Below, piece after piece: positions 18,889-27,726 of a stretch of 64,000 bases of DNA. The notes beneath the pieces were generated by a model. That model was given only the letters and a program-made list of their open reading frames with translations, did not search any database and was not told the DNA's origin. The stretch lies in sequence record PP496444.1; one strand, given 5' to 3'. The translations under genes and the position numbers were made by a program. Position 1 is the stretch's first letter; each line of letters opens with the position of its first letter.

Positions 18889-19461
18889 ATGATCATCTTT
18901 CCGCCGGGACTGGACGTAACTCAGAAGGACAGCGCCGAGTGCGCCTACAATCGTCTGATGCTGCAATTGGATTTAGTTGAAGACGATAGCCAGCGTTCCC
19001 TTGAGATGGAGCACATGCTGGCCGAACATCGCCAGCAATTGAACCTGTGGGTTTGCATGTTCATGGAGAAGATCGCGCTGGGGTTGCACTCCAGTCAAGC
19101 GTGGCAAGAGTCCGCGTTGTTGAATATGCAGGCGATTCAGTCCACGCTTGACATCATGGTCGTCTTGGTCGGCAGCATTGACCCCAAGGAAATGATGGAA
19201 GGCGAGTTCCCGGAACGGCGGACAAGATCAGTGGCGCTGGCTCAGTCCTTTGAGAACCAGCGTCGGATGAAGAACTACTTCGTCAACACGGTGGAGAGTT
19301 TCTTTTGCTCTTTGTTCCTCGCCGTGTACCGATACAACTGGCCTTACGTGGGCAAGCTGGCCCCGGAAGATGTGGCGCTGGTGTCCCTGATGGAAGAGGG
19401 TCGCCGCTACATTCGTTCTCTGGAAATCAAGCACACCCAGATGAATAATGCCAAGGCCTGA
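18889..19461 (+). CDS. Hypothetical protein
   Basis: 190-aa ORF, GGAG SD, phage-like codon usage. Confidence 0.65.
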   Translation: MIIFPPGLDVTQKDSAECAYNRLMLQLDLVEDDSQRSLEMEHMLAEHRQQLNLWVCMFMEKIALGLHSSQAWQESALLNMQAIQSTLDIMVVLVGSIDPKEMMEGEFPERRTRSVALAQSFENQRRMKNYFVNTVESFFCSLFLAVYRYNWPYVGKLAPEDVALVSLMEEGRRYIRSLEIKHTQMNNAKA

Positions 19462-19561
19462 CTGAAATTTTCTACCTTTTCTGCTGAATCACCACCCCTT
19501 GGACAAGCTAATTCCAAGCATGTCCAACGAAATATATAACCTGCTTTAGGAGTGCTACCAG

Positions 19562-22477
19562 ATGTATGTAATCCGCCGAGACGGAAGTCGTTCCTTGTTC
19601 CAGAGCGAGAAAATCCGGGCTGCTATCGAGCGAGCCTTCTTCGCGGTCCATGGTCGAAACAGTGAAAATCCTCAGCATACTCTCCGTGTTACAGCGGCAG
19701 TAGAAGCTGGGGTGAAGTCAATGGAAACCACCGGCCAAGAAGACGTACATATCGAAGTCATTCAGGAAGGCGTACTTGCTGCGCTGATCTCTGAAGGCCA
19801 TCCCCGCGTCGAACATGCGTACCGCGTGTATCGAGATGCCCGCACTGCACAGCGTGAGCTGCCCCAGGCTTACACTGACGAGAACGGCACTGCTATCAGC
19901 ATCCCGGCTCTAACCGACATCCTAGCCCGCGTATCCTCCCGTTTGCCAGACCACGTGACTGTTCACTTGGACCTGGTGGCCGTGGCGCGCTCGGCGTTCC
20001 TGCAGATGTTCAACGGTATCAAGGCTGCTGACGTGCACAACGCGCTGATCTTGGCGACCCGTGCGTTCATCGAGCGGGCACCGGAGTACAGCAATCTGGC
20101 AGCGCAACTGCTGCTGGCTCAGACCGCACGTGAAGTGTGGGACCTTGACGCCACCACGTACCCCACCGCCGAGACCTACGCCAAGTGCTACAAGCAGGAG
20201 ACGGTAAGGCTTCTGCTCATCGGCGTGAAGGACGGCATCTACGACCCTACGCTGACCACCGGCGGCAAGCGCGGCTTTGACCTTGAGCTGCTCCGGTCAG
20301 CTATCAAGCCAGAACGCGACCTGCAGTTCGACTACTTGGGTTTGCAGACCCTATACGACCGCTACTTCATCCGCCGCGCTGGGGAAGGCGTTCGTATCGA
20401 AATGCCGCAAACGTTCTTCATGCGCGTGGCAATGGGTCTGGCGATCCTCGAAAGCGATCCGACATCCTCGGCGCTTGAGTTCTACGACGTGCTGTCCACG
20501 TTCGACTACATGGCCTCGACCCCGACCCTGTTCAACGCAGGCACCACGCACAGCCAGATGTCGAGCTGCTACTTGACCACGGTGCCGGACGACCTGCTAG
20601 GCATCTACGGCGCCATCCAAGACAACGCCATGCTGTCCAAGTATGCAGGCGGTCTGGGCAACGACTGGACGCCGGTGCGTGCACTGGGTAGCCTGATCAA
20701 AGGCACCAATGGCCGTTCGCAAGGCGTGGTTCCGTTCCTCAAGGTGGTCAACGACACCGCTGTCGCCGTGAACCAAGGTGGCAAGCGCAAGGGTGCGGTG
20801 TGTGCATACCTTGAAACGTGGCACATGGACATCGAAGAGTTCACCGAGCTGCGCAAGAACACAGGTGATGATCGCCGTCGTACCCACGACATGAACACCG
20901 CCAACTGGGTTCCTGACCTGTTCATGGATCGCCAGATGAAGGATATGGACTGGACCTTGTTCACTCCGTCGGAATGCCCTGATCTGCATGAGCTGTACGG
21001 CGAGGCGTTCAAAGCCCGTTACGAGTTCTACGAAGCCGAAGCTGCCGCTGGCCGTATCAAGACCTTCAAGACCGTGCGCGCCAAGGACTTGTACCGCAAG
21101 ATCCTGTCCATGATCTTTGAAACCGGCCATCCATGGATCACGTTCAAAGATCCGTGCAACATCCGCAGCCCGCAGAGTCACGTCGGCGTCGTGCACAGCT
21201 CCAACCTGTGTACCGAGATCACCCTCAATACGAAGTCCTCCTCACCTGAACTCAAGGATGGCGAGACGGCCGTGTGCAACTTGGGTTCGGTCAACCTGCC
21301 GCAGCACTTGAAATACGTGGGTGAAGGTGGAGTTGCAGTGGACATCGACCACGAGAAGCTGAAACGCACTGTTACTCTGGCCGTGCGTATGCTGGACAAC
21401 GTGATCGACATCAACTTCTACCCGACCAAGGAAGCGAAGAACAGCAACATGCGCCACCGCCCTATCGGTCTGGGTGTCATGGGCTTCCAAGACGTGCTGT
21501 ATGCCAACAACGTAGGCTATGACAGCCCGCACGCCGAGTTCTGGGCCGGTTACTTCCAGCGCTCCATCGCCTTGTACGCCATCAACGCATCGGCTGACCT
21601 GGCTCAACTACGTGGTACGTACGAATCGTTCCAAGGTTCGGACTGGTCGCTGGGTATTCTTCCAGTGCACACGTTCCAAACTCAGATCGATACCCGTCGT
21701 CGTCAGGGCTTCAAGGTTGACGCTGCGCAGAAAGCTCAAGATCTGGCCGACACCATTGGCAAAACCAAGATCAACGGCAAGACACTGGCCGAACTGGAAA
21801 GCTATCTGGCGAACAAGGTCACTCACGGCATGCGTAACAGCAACGTGATGGCGATTGCACCGACGGCCACCATCTCGAACATCGTTGGCGTTACTCAGAG
21901 CATCGAGCCCACGTACGAGCAGGTGTTCGTCAAGGACAACCTGAGCGGCAAGTTCACCGTGATCAACCGATTCTTGGTTGAGCAGCTGCGCAAGCATGGT
22001 CTGTGGGACTCGGACATGCTCGATCAGCTCAAGATGAACAACGGGTCCATTCAGGGCATCCCTGAAATCCCGGAAGGCATCAAGGATACGTATCGCACCG
22101 CGTTCGAGTACGAGCCTGAAGTACTGATCAACTGCGCCATCCAGCGTCAGATCCCTATCGATCAGGCACAGTCGCTCAACCTGTACATGGCGAATCCGTC
22201 GGGCAAGAAGCTGGCGAACACGTACGACTGGTGCTTCGAGACTGGTTTGAAGACCACGTACTACCTCCGCGCCAAGTCTGCTTCGTCCATCGAGAAGTCC
22301 ACCAGTCGTACCGGCGGTGAGCTGAACAGCGTCAAGAACGAGGTGAAGCCTACGGAAGCGGAGCTGCTTGTCCAGAGTGGATTAGCGAGTGCGGCCCCAA
22401 TGCCGGAAGCTGAAGGTGCTGCGTGCTTCCTGCGTCCAGGTGATCCGGGCTGGGAAAGTTGTGATGCCTGTCAATAA
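19562..22477 (+). CDS. nrdA: Class Ia ribonucleotide reductase alpha subunit with tandem ATP cones
   Basis: ATP cone VIRRDG; SSCYL (C225 equivalent), SNLCTEI (N437/C439/E441), VCNLGS (C462), TTYYLR (Y730/Y731), C-terminal CDAC. Confidence 0.97.
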   Translation: MYVIRRDGSRSLFQSEKIRAAIERAFFAVHGRNSENPQHTLRVTAAVEAGVKSMETTGQEDVHIEVIQEGVLAALISEGHPRVEHAYRVYRDARTAQRELPQAYTDENGTAISIPALTDILARVSSRLPDHVTVHLDLVAVARSAFLQMFNGIKAADVHNALILATRAFIERAPEYSNLAAQLLLAQTAREVWDLDATTYPTAETYAKCYKQETVRLLLIGVKDGIYDPTLTTGGKRGFDLELLRSAIKPERDLQFDYLGLQTLYDRYFIRRAGEGVRIEMPQTFFMRVAMGLAILESDPTSSALEFYDVLSTFDYMASTPTLFNAGTTHSQMSSCYLTTVPDDLLGIYGAIQDNAMLSKYAGGLGNDWTPVRALGSLIKGTNGRSQGVVPFLKVVNDTAVAVNQGGKRKGAVCAYLETWHMDIEEFTELRKNTGDDRRRTHDMNTANWVPDLFMDRQMKDMDWTLFTPSECPDLHELYGEAFKARYEFYEAEAAAGRIKTFKTVRAKDLYRKILSMIFETGHPWITFKDPCNIRSPQSHVGVVHSSNLCTEITLNTKSSSPELKDGETAVCNLGSVNLPQHLKYVGEGGVAVDIDHEKLKRTVTLAVRMLDNVIDINFYPTKEAKNSNMRHRPIGLGVMGFQDVLYANNVGYDSPHAEFWAGYFQRSIALYAINASADLAQLRGTYESFQGSDWSLGILPVHTFQTQIDTRRRQGFKVDAAQKAQDLADTIGKTKINGKTLAELESYLANKVTHGMRNSNVMAIAPTATISNIVGVTQSIEPTYEQVFVKDNLSGKFTVINRFLVEQLRKHGLWDSDMLDQLKMNNGSIQGIPEIPEGIKDTYRTAFEYEPEVLINCAIQRQIPIDQAQSLNLYMANPSGKKLANTYDWCFETGLKTTYYLRAKSASSIEKSTSRTGGELNSVKNEVKPTEAELLVQSGLASAAPMPEAEGAACFLRPGDPGWESCDACQ

Positions 22478-22544
22478 AGTGAATGCGACAGGTCAACAAT
22501 GATCAATGGCTAATTCAAAGTAGCAGCCCTACCGAGAGTTAGCC

Positions 22545-23246
22545 ATGAAGACTTATCCACATCCTGTCTTTGCAAGTATCTGCGCCACCCGCTCCGGTCG
22601 TGTATTTTCTCAAGGACGAGAATTGCATGGCGCCACGGACTCATCTGGATATACCCAGATAAACATTCGAGACATAGGTAAGCTTCGACAGAAGCACCGA
22701 ATCGTATATGAGTGCGTAACGGGAAAAGAGTTGCCACCTTACCAGCGTGAAGGCTCTGGTGGATTGGAACTCAACCATGATGACGGGGATAAGACCAACA
22801 ACCGATTCAGCAATCTGGAACTGGTAACCCACCAGTCCAACGTCCAACACTCTTGGCAAGTGCTGGGAAACCGGCAGTCCTTTGCTTCGGGTGAGAAGTG
22901 TGCGATGGCTAAGCTGTCCTATGAAGATGTGGTAAAGATCCTAAAGCTATTAGCTAAAGGAAAGACCGCGTTAGAGATTGGAGGTAAGTTCGGAGTTCAT
23001 CCTTCGAATATAACCAACATCAAGAACGGGAAAGCTTACAAGCCAGAGACGGAACGAGCTGAAAAAGAGTTGGGACTATCAGCCCCCGGAAAGACTATCG
23101 GGGTCACTAAGCACCTGGTCAAACGAGTCCTAAGGCGGCTTAGACTAGGGTGGGCTGGCACAGTCATAGCAGATCATTATAATGTGTCGCAGGCAACAGT
23201 ATCCAGCATCAAAACCGGAAAGTACGATCATCTACTAGCAATGTAA
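22545..23246 (+). mobile_element. Free-standing HNH homing endonuclease with C-terminal HTH repeats
   Basis: KHRIV..ELNHDDGDKTNNRFSNLELVTHQSNVQH; two HTH-like segments; visibly more AT-rich codon usage than neighbours. Confidence 0.85.
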
Positions 23247-23309
23247 ATGATAGGGCGGGCAGGCAACTGTTTCCGCCCTATTTCATCTGTTGCACATGAG
23301 GCTTACCTT

Positions 23310-24095
23310 ATGAGTGTTGTACCCAATCGTGTGTCCCTAGTGGACAAACGCATCTTCAACGGAAAGGCTGATGTCAATGCCTTGCTACCACTTCGTTACC
23401 CGTGGGCCTATGACGCCTACGTGAACGCGAACAAGAACCACTGGCTTCCCGGCGACATCCACCTTGATCTGGATCGAGTCAACCACAAGCATCAAGCGTA
23501 CTGGCCTGCGGTCAGCAACTTCCTGATCAGCGTAGCCCAGCGTGCCGAGATTGATCGCCAGCACATGCTCTTCGTGTACCGGGCCACTACGGCGCCCGAG
23601 GTTCGTCAGCGCTTCCTTCGCATGGGACAGGAAGATACCATCGCCATCATGCTGGCTCAAGACATGGGGCTGGCACTGGAAGACTTCGTCCCGTCTCCCG
23701 AGGTGGTGTTACTGACCTCGGAGAAAGCCTATCTGGCCGGGCTCATGGAACTGATCGAGCGCAAGCTCTTGTCCGTGGCCGAAGGCAAGTACATCCTCGA
23801 AGAAGTACCGGGGGTGCACCAGCATATCCGCAAAGCAGTTGAGAACATACACCGCGACGTGGATTCTCAGTTGGACTTCCTGTTCACCCTGTTGCGTACC
23901 TTCCTCGGCGAATGCGAGACCAACTCCTACCGGGGTTGCAACACGCAGGCGTTCTGGCAGAGCAGCAACCAGTACCACGCCCACCTGAACTCGATTGTTC
24001 TGAACATTCTGACGGGGGCGCCGGTTACTCCCACGCCGTATCAGATGCAGGTGGTCGCGGATAACCAAACGAAAGACACACTGACCTGGGACTGA
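23310..24095 (+). CDS. Degenerate NrdB paralog lacking most diiron ligands and the radical Tyr
   Basis: N-terminal RVSLVDKRIFNG..DVNALLPLRYPWA and NHWLP match proteobacterial NrdB; EEAFHTESY becomes EDTIAIMLA and RDESGH becomes RDVDSQ; ends LTWD; GAGG SD supports ATG 23310. Confidence 0.75.
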   Translation: MSVVPNRVSLVDKRIFNGKADVNALLPLRYPWAYDAYVNANKNHWLPGDIHLDLDRVNHKHQAYWPAVSNFLISVAQRAEIDRQHMLFVYRATTAPEVRQRFLRMGQEDTIAIMLAQDMGLALEDFVPSPEVVLLTSEKAYLAGLMELIERKLLSVAEGKYILEEVPGVHQHIRKAVENIHRDVDSQLDFLFTLLRTFLGECETNSYRGCNTQAFWQSSNQYHAHLNSIVLNILTGAPVTPTPYQMQVVADNQTKDTLTWD

Positions 24096-24097
24096 CT

Positions 24098-25072
24098 ATG
24101 ACCGTTCTTACTCACGTAAACCCGCACGAACATGAGTGGGCGTTGGAAAAGACCTTGGCGTCAAACGCGAACCACTGGTTACCGCAAGAGATTGGACTGT
24201 CTACCGATATCCTGCAATGGAAGACCGGGCAGTTGAGCGACGATGAGATGCGCATGGTCAAGCGTAACCTCGGGTTCTTCTCCACTGCCGACTCACTGGC
24301 CGCGAACAACATCATTCTCGGAACCATACGCCACATCAAGAACAGGAACTGTCGCCACTACCTGTTCCGCCAAGCGTATGAAGAGGCGTTCCACACGGAG
24401 TCCTACGCGTACGTGATCGAGAGCCTCGGTTTGGATCAGGGCGAGATCTTCAACGCCTACAACGAGATCGAATCGATCCGGGCCAAGGATGACTTCCTTC
24501 TTCCGTACATCGAGGTGCTGACCGATCCGGCGTTCCAAGCGGACACCACCGAGAACGTCCAGACCCTGCTCAAGTCGTTGTTCGCGTTCGCGTGCATCAT
24601 GGAAGGCCTGTTCTTCTACGTCGGCTTCGTTCAGATGCTATCGCTGGGCCGTCGCAACAAGCTGCCCGGTTCCTCGCAAGAGTTCCAGTACATCCTGCGT
24701 GACGAGAGCGGCCACTGCAACTTCGGTATCGACCTGATCAACACGATCAAGCGCGAATACCCAGGCGTGTGGACTACGGAACTCCAGAAGGAGTGCACCG
24801 ACATGCTGCGCACTGGCGTTGACCTGGAGCAAGCTTACGCGGTAGACACTCTGCCTAACGGCGTGCTGGGTCTGAACGCTGGCAACACCCGCCAGTATCT
24901 GGAGTTCATCGCTGATCGGCGCTGCATTCAGGTAGGACTGCCGGTGCAGTACAACCAGAACGAGAACCCGTTCCCATGGATGTCGGAAATGGTTGACTTG
25001 AACAATGAAGAGAACTTCTTCGAGAAAAAGGTCACGGCGTACCAGCAAGCCGCCGGCCTGGAGTGGGATTAA
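24098..25072 (+). CDS. nrdB: Class Ia ribonucleotide reductase beta subunit
   Basis: NHWLP, ADS (D84), EEAFHTESY (E115/H118/Y122), IMEG (E204), RDESGH (E238/H241), NFFE..V..YQ..LEWD tail. Confidence 0.96.
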   Translation: MTVLTHVNPHEHEWALEKTLASNANHWLPQEIGLSTDILQWKTGQLSDDEMRMVKRNLGFFSTADSLAANNIILGTIRHIKNRNCRHYLFRQAYEEAFHTESYAYVIESLGLDQGEIFNAYNEIESIRAKDDFLLPYIEVLTDPAFQADTTENVQTLLKSLFAFACIMEGLFFYVGFVQMLSLGRRNKLPGSSQEFQYILRDESGHCNFGIDLINTIKREYPGVWTTELQKECTDMLRTGVDLEQAYAVDTLPNGVLGLNAGNTRQYLEFIADRRCIQVGLPVQYNQNENPFPWMSEMVDLNNEENFFEKKVTAYQQAAGLEWD

Positions 25073-25073
25073 C

Positions 25074-25175
25074 ATGATCTATACATGTCCGAAATGTAGC
25101 AGGCTCCATTCAGATGGAACAAGTAACTTTGAGCTGGTCGTTCTGTGCCGGTATTGCAACCCGCTGAAGGGGTAA
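25074..25175 (+). CDS. 33-aa micro-protein with two CxxC motifs
   Basis: My translation: MIYTCPKCSRLHSDGTSNFELVVLCRYCNPLKG; begins 1 nt after nrdB stop and precedes the terminator. Confidence 0.55.
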   Translation: MIYTCPKCSRLHSDGTSNFELVVLCRYCNPLKG

Positions 25176-25187
25176 TACGGTCCGGTA

Positions 25188-25220
25188 AATAGGGGAGTGA
25201 GCAATCGCTTCCCTATTTTT
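25188..25220 (+). terminator. Rho-independent terminator closing RNR operon
   Basis: aataggggagtga-GCAA-tcgcttccctatt followed by ttt. Confidence 0.75.
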
Positions 25221-25236
25221 ATGTCTGGAGTCTTCT

Positions 25237-25671
25237 ATGAAGCAGCCAGTGTGGGTCACCTTGACCGGCAACACCAAGATGCACAACGTCCCCTACCAGA
25301 TCGATCAGCGCCACGTGCGCGAGTGGCTGCACTGGGGCCTTAAGATGTACCCTATCCAGTTCCCACCGCCACCTGACACGCTGGTAGGTACGCATTCCAT
25401 GTCGTTGAAGTTCTGGGACATGCGCAAGTTCTACTTGTGGAGCGTTAAGTGCACGTGCATCTATACTGGTGAAGTGCACCACCTTGGCGGCGGTTCGTGG
25501 CTGACCAAATCTCAAGCGAAAGTCCTGCAAGACGACGGGATCGAGCTGGGTATCTTGTTGAACACCGTCCCAGAGTGGGTGGTGGATATGGGACTGCTCA
25601 AGCCTTGGTGCTTCTTACAGGACCTGTTCGCGTTCCGTAATCCCTTCCCTCAACGGGAGAAGAACAGATGA
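25237..25671 (+). CDS. Hypothetical protein
   Basis: 144 aa, GGAG SD. Confidence 0.65.
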   Translation: MKQPVWVTLTGNTKMHNVPYQIDQRHVREWLHWGLKMYPIQFPPPPDTLVGTHSMSLKFWDMRKFYLWSVKCTCIYTGEVHHLGGGSWLTKSQAKVLQDDGIELGILLNTVPEWVVDMGLLKPWCFLQDLFAFRNPFPQREKNR

Positions 25672-25997
25672 CTGACAAACCCACCCCGAAGATTAAGCGC
25701 AAGGTATACGCCGAGTTGGCGGTCCCCAAGGAAGAGCCGGGTCAGAATAAAGCCAAGATACGGTTTGCCGTCGGGGATAGTGTGACTCAAGGTTACGTGG
25801 AGCGACATACGGATAAGATGTATGCCAACTTTGAAGCTCTGGTTCAGGCCGTCAAACTTGACATCAAGGCCAGCTCTGAGGTTTCGGAACTTAGGAGTGA
25901 GATCGACGACATCATGGATGAAGCCCACGCCAAGGTTATCGATGTGCTCGTTCGTGAAGGCATTATCGAGCGCCCCACACGGCCCTACTACGACTAG
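25668..25997 (+). CDS. Hypothetical protein
   Basis: 109 aa, ATGA overlap with previous gene. Confidence 0.65.
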   Translation: MTDKPTPKIKRKVYAELAVPKEEPGQNKAKIRFAVGDSVTQGYVERHTDKMYANFEALVQAVKLDIKASSEVSELRSEIDDIMDEAHAKVIDVLVREGIIERPTRPYYD

Positions 25998-26004
25998 GTG
26001 ACTT

Positions 26005-26304
26005 ATGCCAGATTGCTTTGTGGTGCACGCCGACACAGTATATGGAAGCCCGGTGACCCTCAAGGTATTCCGGCGAAAATACAAAGCCAAGCTCTACGTC
26101 CGCATGCTGAAAGAGTATCACGCGCTTCGCCCTAAGATGCCGTCAGCCGACAACGCTATCGGTGCCCCGTATCCTGAGAGCGTGTATCAAGCTCATCTGG
26201 ACGTGTACTACCTTGATAACACCGACTGGGCGAGCTCTCACCCGGCGGGTATGGTCGGGGAAGCCGCTGAAGACTTCACAATCACCCAATTACCTTTGGA
26301 ATAG
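26005..26304 (+). CDS. Hypothetical protein
   Basis: 99 aa; shares an L-x-x-Y-H-x-x-x-P...Y...W...HP-x-G pattern with the next ORF (likely tandem paralogs). Confidence 0.6.
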   Translation: MPDCFVVHADTVYGSPVTLKVFRRKYKAKLYVRMLKEYHALRPKMPSADNAIGAPYPESVYQAHLDVYYLDNTDWASSHPAGMVGEAAEDFTITQLPLE

Positions 26305-26310
26305 TTCAAG

Positions 26311-26625
26311 ATGATTGATAATGCTGGTAAGGTTTTCCTTATCCTCGGTGTTCACGGTATCCAGAGGGAGCAGGTACTCTTTGCGGTTGGCACGGAAGCA
26401 GGTGCTACCCTATTGCGGGATACTCTGTTGCAGTATCACGAGACGTATCCATGGCTTGGTCCTGAAGACGTGTACACAGACGAATACGAAGCAAAGCTTG
26501 CGGTGTGGCGAGACAAACATCCGGGCGGGGAGCGGTGTGCCAATATTGACACCTACCTATTGCGTGAAGTTCCTTTAACCACCTCGGCTGAACTGGCCGA
26601 CATTTTGAGTAAGGCAGATGAATGA
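26311..26625 (+). CDS. Hypothetical protein
   Basis: 104 aa; LLQYHETYPW...WRDKHPGG resembles previous ORF. Confidence 0.6.
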   Translation: MIDNAGKVFLILGVHGIQREQVLFAVGTEAGATLLRDTLLQYHETYPWLGPEDVYTDEYEAKLAVWRDKHPGGERCANIDTYLLREVPLTTSAELADILSKADE

Positions 26626-27715
26626 TGATCTGAAAATCACAGAGGTCAACTCTGTGAAGGAATACGATGAGCATGTGGAAGACCTGCTACTGACCTTGTT
26701 GGGGTTGGGCGCTTCCGTCACGCGCAACGACCAAGGTACTCGCAAGCTGGGCGCCACGTCGATCAGCTTCAACCTGCTGTCGATGTACCCCTCGATCCCG
26801 ATGACCACGCTGCGTCCGATCTCGTGGGCCAGTATCCTCGGTGAGACGCTGGGTTTCATCCGGGGCGAGACCAATGTGCAAGCGTTCAAAGACCTAGGCA
26901 CCAACGTCTGGAACGCCAATGCCAAGGAACCAGCGTGGAAGAACGACTTGCTGGCGCCGAACGAAGGCGACCTTGGTCCGATCTACGGTAAGCAGTGGCG
27001 CAAGTGGGAGGACATCAAGCTGGCGGATTATGGCCGTGACCTGTCCAAGTTGGGCTACACCCAGGTGGGCTGGCTGCATGACGGATCGAGTTGGGAGGCT
27101 GTAGGCTCGCCGAATCCCGGTGTATGGCGCCGCGAGGTTGACCAGCTGATGGATGCCTTGAACCGCATCAAGGCCAATCCCAATGACCGTCGCGCTGTCA
27201 TCTCGGCGTGGAATCCCGGTGACATGGACTTCATGGCTCTGCCGCCGTGCCACGTAATGATGCAGCTGACCACGGTGCCTTATGATCAATTCCGGGGCGG
27301 CAGCTACACAGATGGGGTCAATGAATACGAAGCTGACATCGAGGTGGTACCGGAGTTTGTACTCAACCTGGTTGTGACCCAGCGCAGCCAAGACACACTG
27401 CTTGGTCGGGCGTACAACATCCCGGCCTACTCCACTCTGCTTCGCCTGTTCGCTCACCTGCTGGAAATGGTGCCGGGTAATCTGGAGTTCAACGTCGGCG
27501 ACCAGCATCTGTACAGTAACCATGAAGCAGCCGCTGACGAGGTTACCGACCGCCTGAGCCTTGATGAAGATGGGGAAGGCGAAAAGCTGTTCCAACTCTC
27601 CATCGTCGGGGTGAACACGTTTGAAGACCTGGACACCCTCACTGCCGACAACTTCGTTCTGACTCATCAGGTTACACACGATAAGTTGGAATCCGACACC
27701 AAGATGACTGTGTAA
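26618..27715 (+). CDS. thyA: Thymidylate synthase
   Basis: LGPIYGKQWR, RRAVISAWNP, ALPPCH (catalytic Cys), QRSQD, YNI (N177 equivalent), DQHLYSNH. Confidence 0.95.
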   Translation: MNDDLKITEVNSVKEYDEHVEDLLLTLLGLGASVTRNDQGTRKLGATSISFNLLSMYPSIPMTTLRPISWASILGETLGFIRGETNVQAFKDLGTNVWNANAKEPAWKNDLLAPNEGDLGPIYGKQWRKWEDIKLADYGRDLSKLGYTQVGWLHDGSSWEAVGSPNPGVWRREVDQLMDALNRIKANPNDRRAVISAWNPGDMDFMALPPCHVMMQLTTVPYDQFRGGSYTDGVNEYEADIEVVPEFVLNLVVTQRSQDTLLGRAYNIPAYSTLLRLFAHLLEMVPGNLEFNVGDQHLYSNHEAAADEVTDRLSLDEDGEGEKLFQLSIVGVNTFEDLDTLTADNFVLTHQVTHDKLESDTKMTV

Positions 27716-27726
27716 GGAGATTCACC

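Noticed and set aside
19525-19545. NrdR box upstream of nrdA (AAATATATAA)
   Set aside because: The AT core fits, but the conserved flanking C and G of the acaCwAtATaTwGtg consensus are missing.
22478-23309. Group I intron hosting the HNH gene
   Set aside because: nrdA ends with its normal CDAC tail and the next gene starts intact; no interrupted exon or P/Q/R/S core was recognised.
23310-25072. Single nrdB split by a frameshift, intron or intein
   Set aside because: Both ORFs contain the same NHWLP region and both end in a WD tail, so they are overlapping homologs; the second is complete on its own.
26618-27715. dCMP hydroxymethylase or other modified-base synthase
   Set aside because: The specificity residue is Asn (YNI), as in dUMP-specific ThyA, and DHFR is present.
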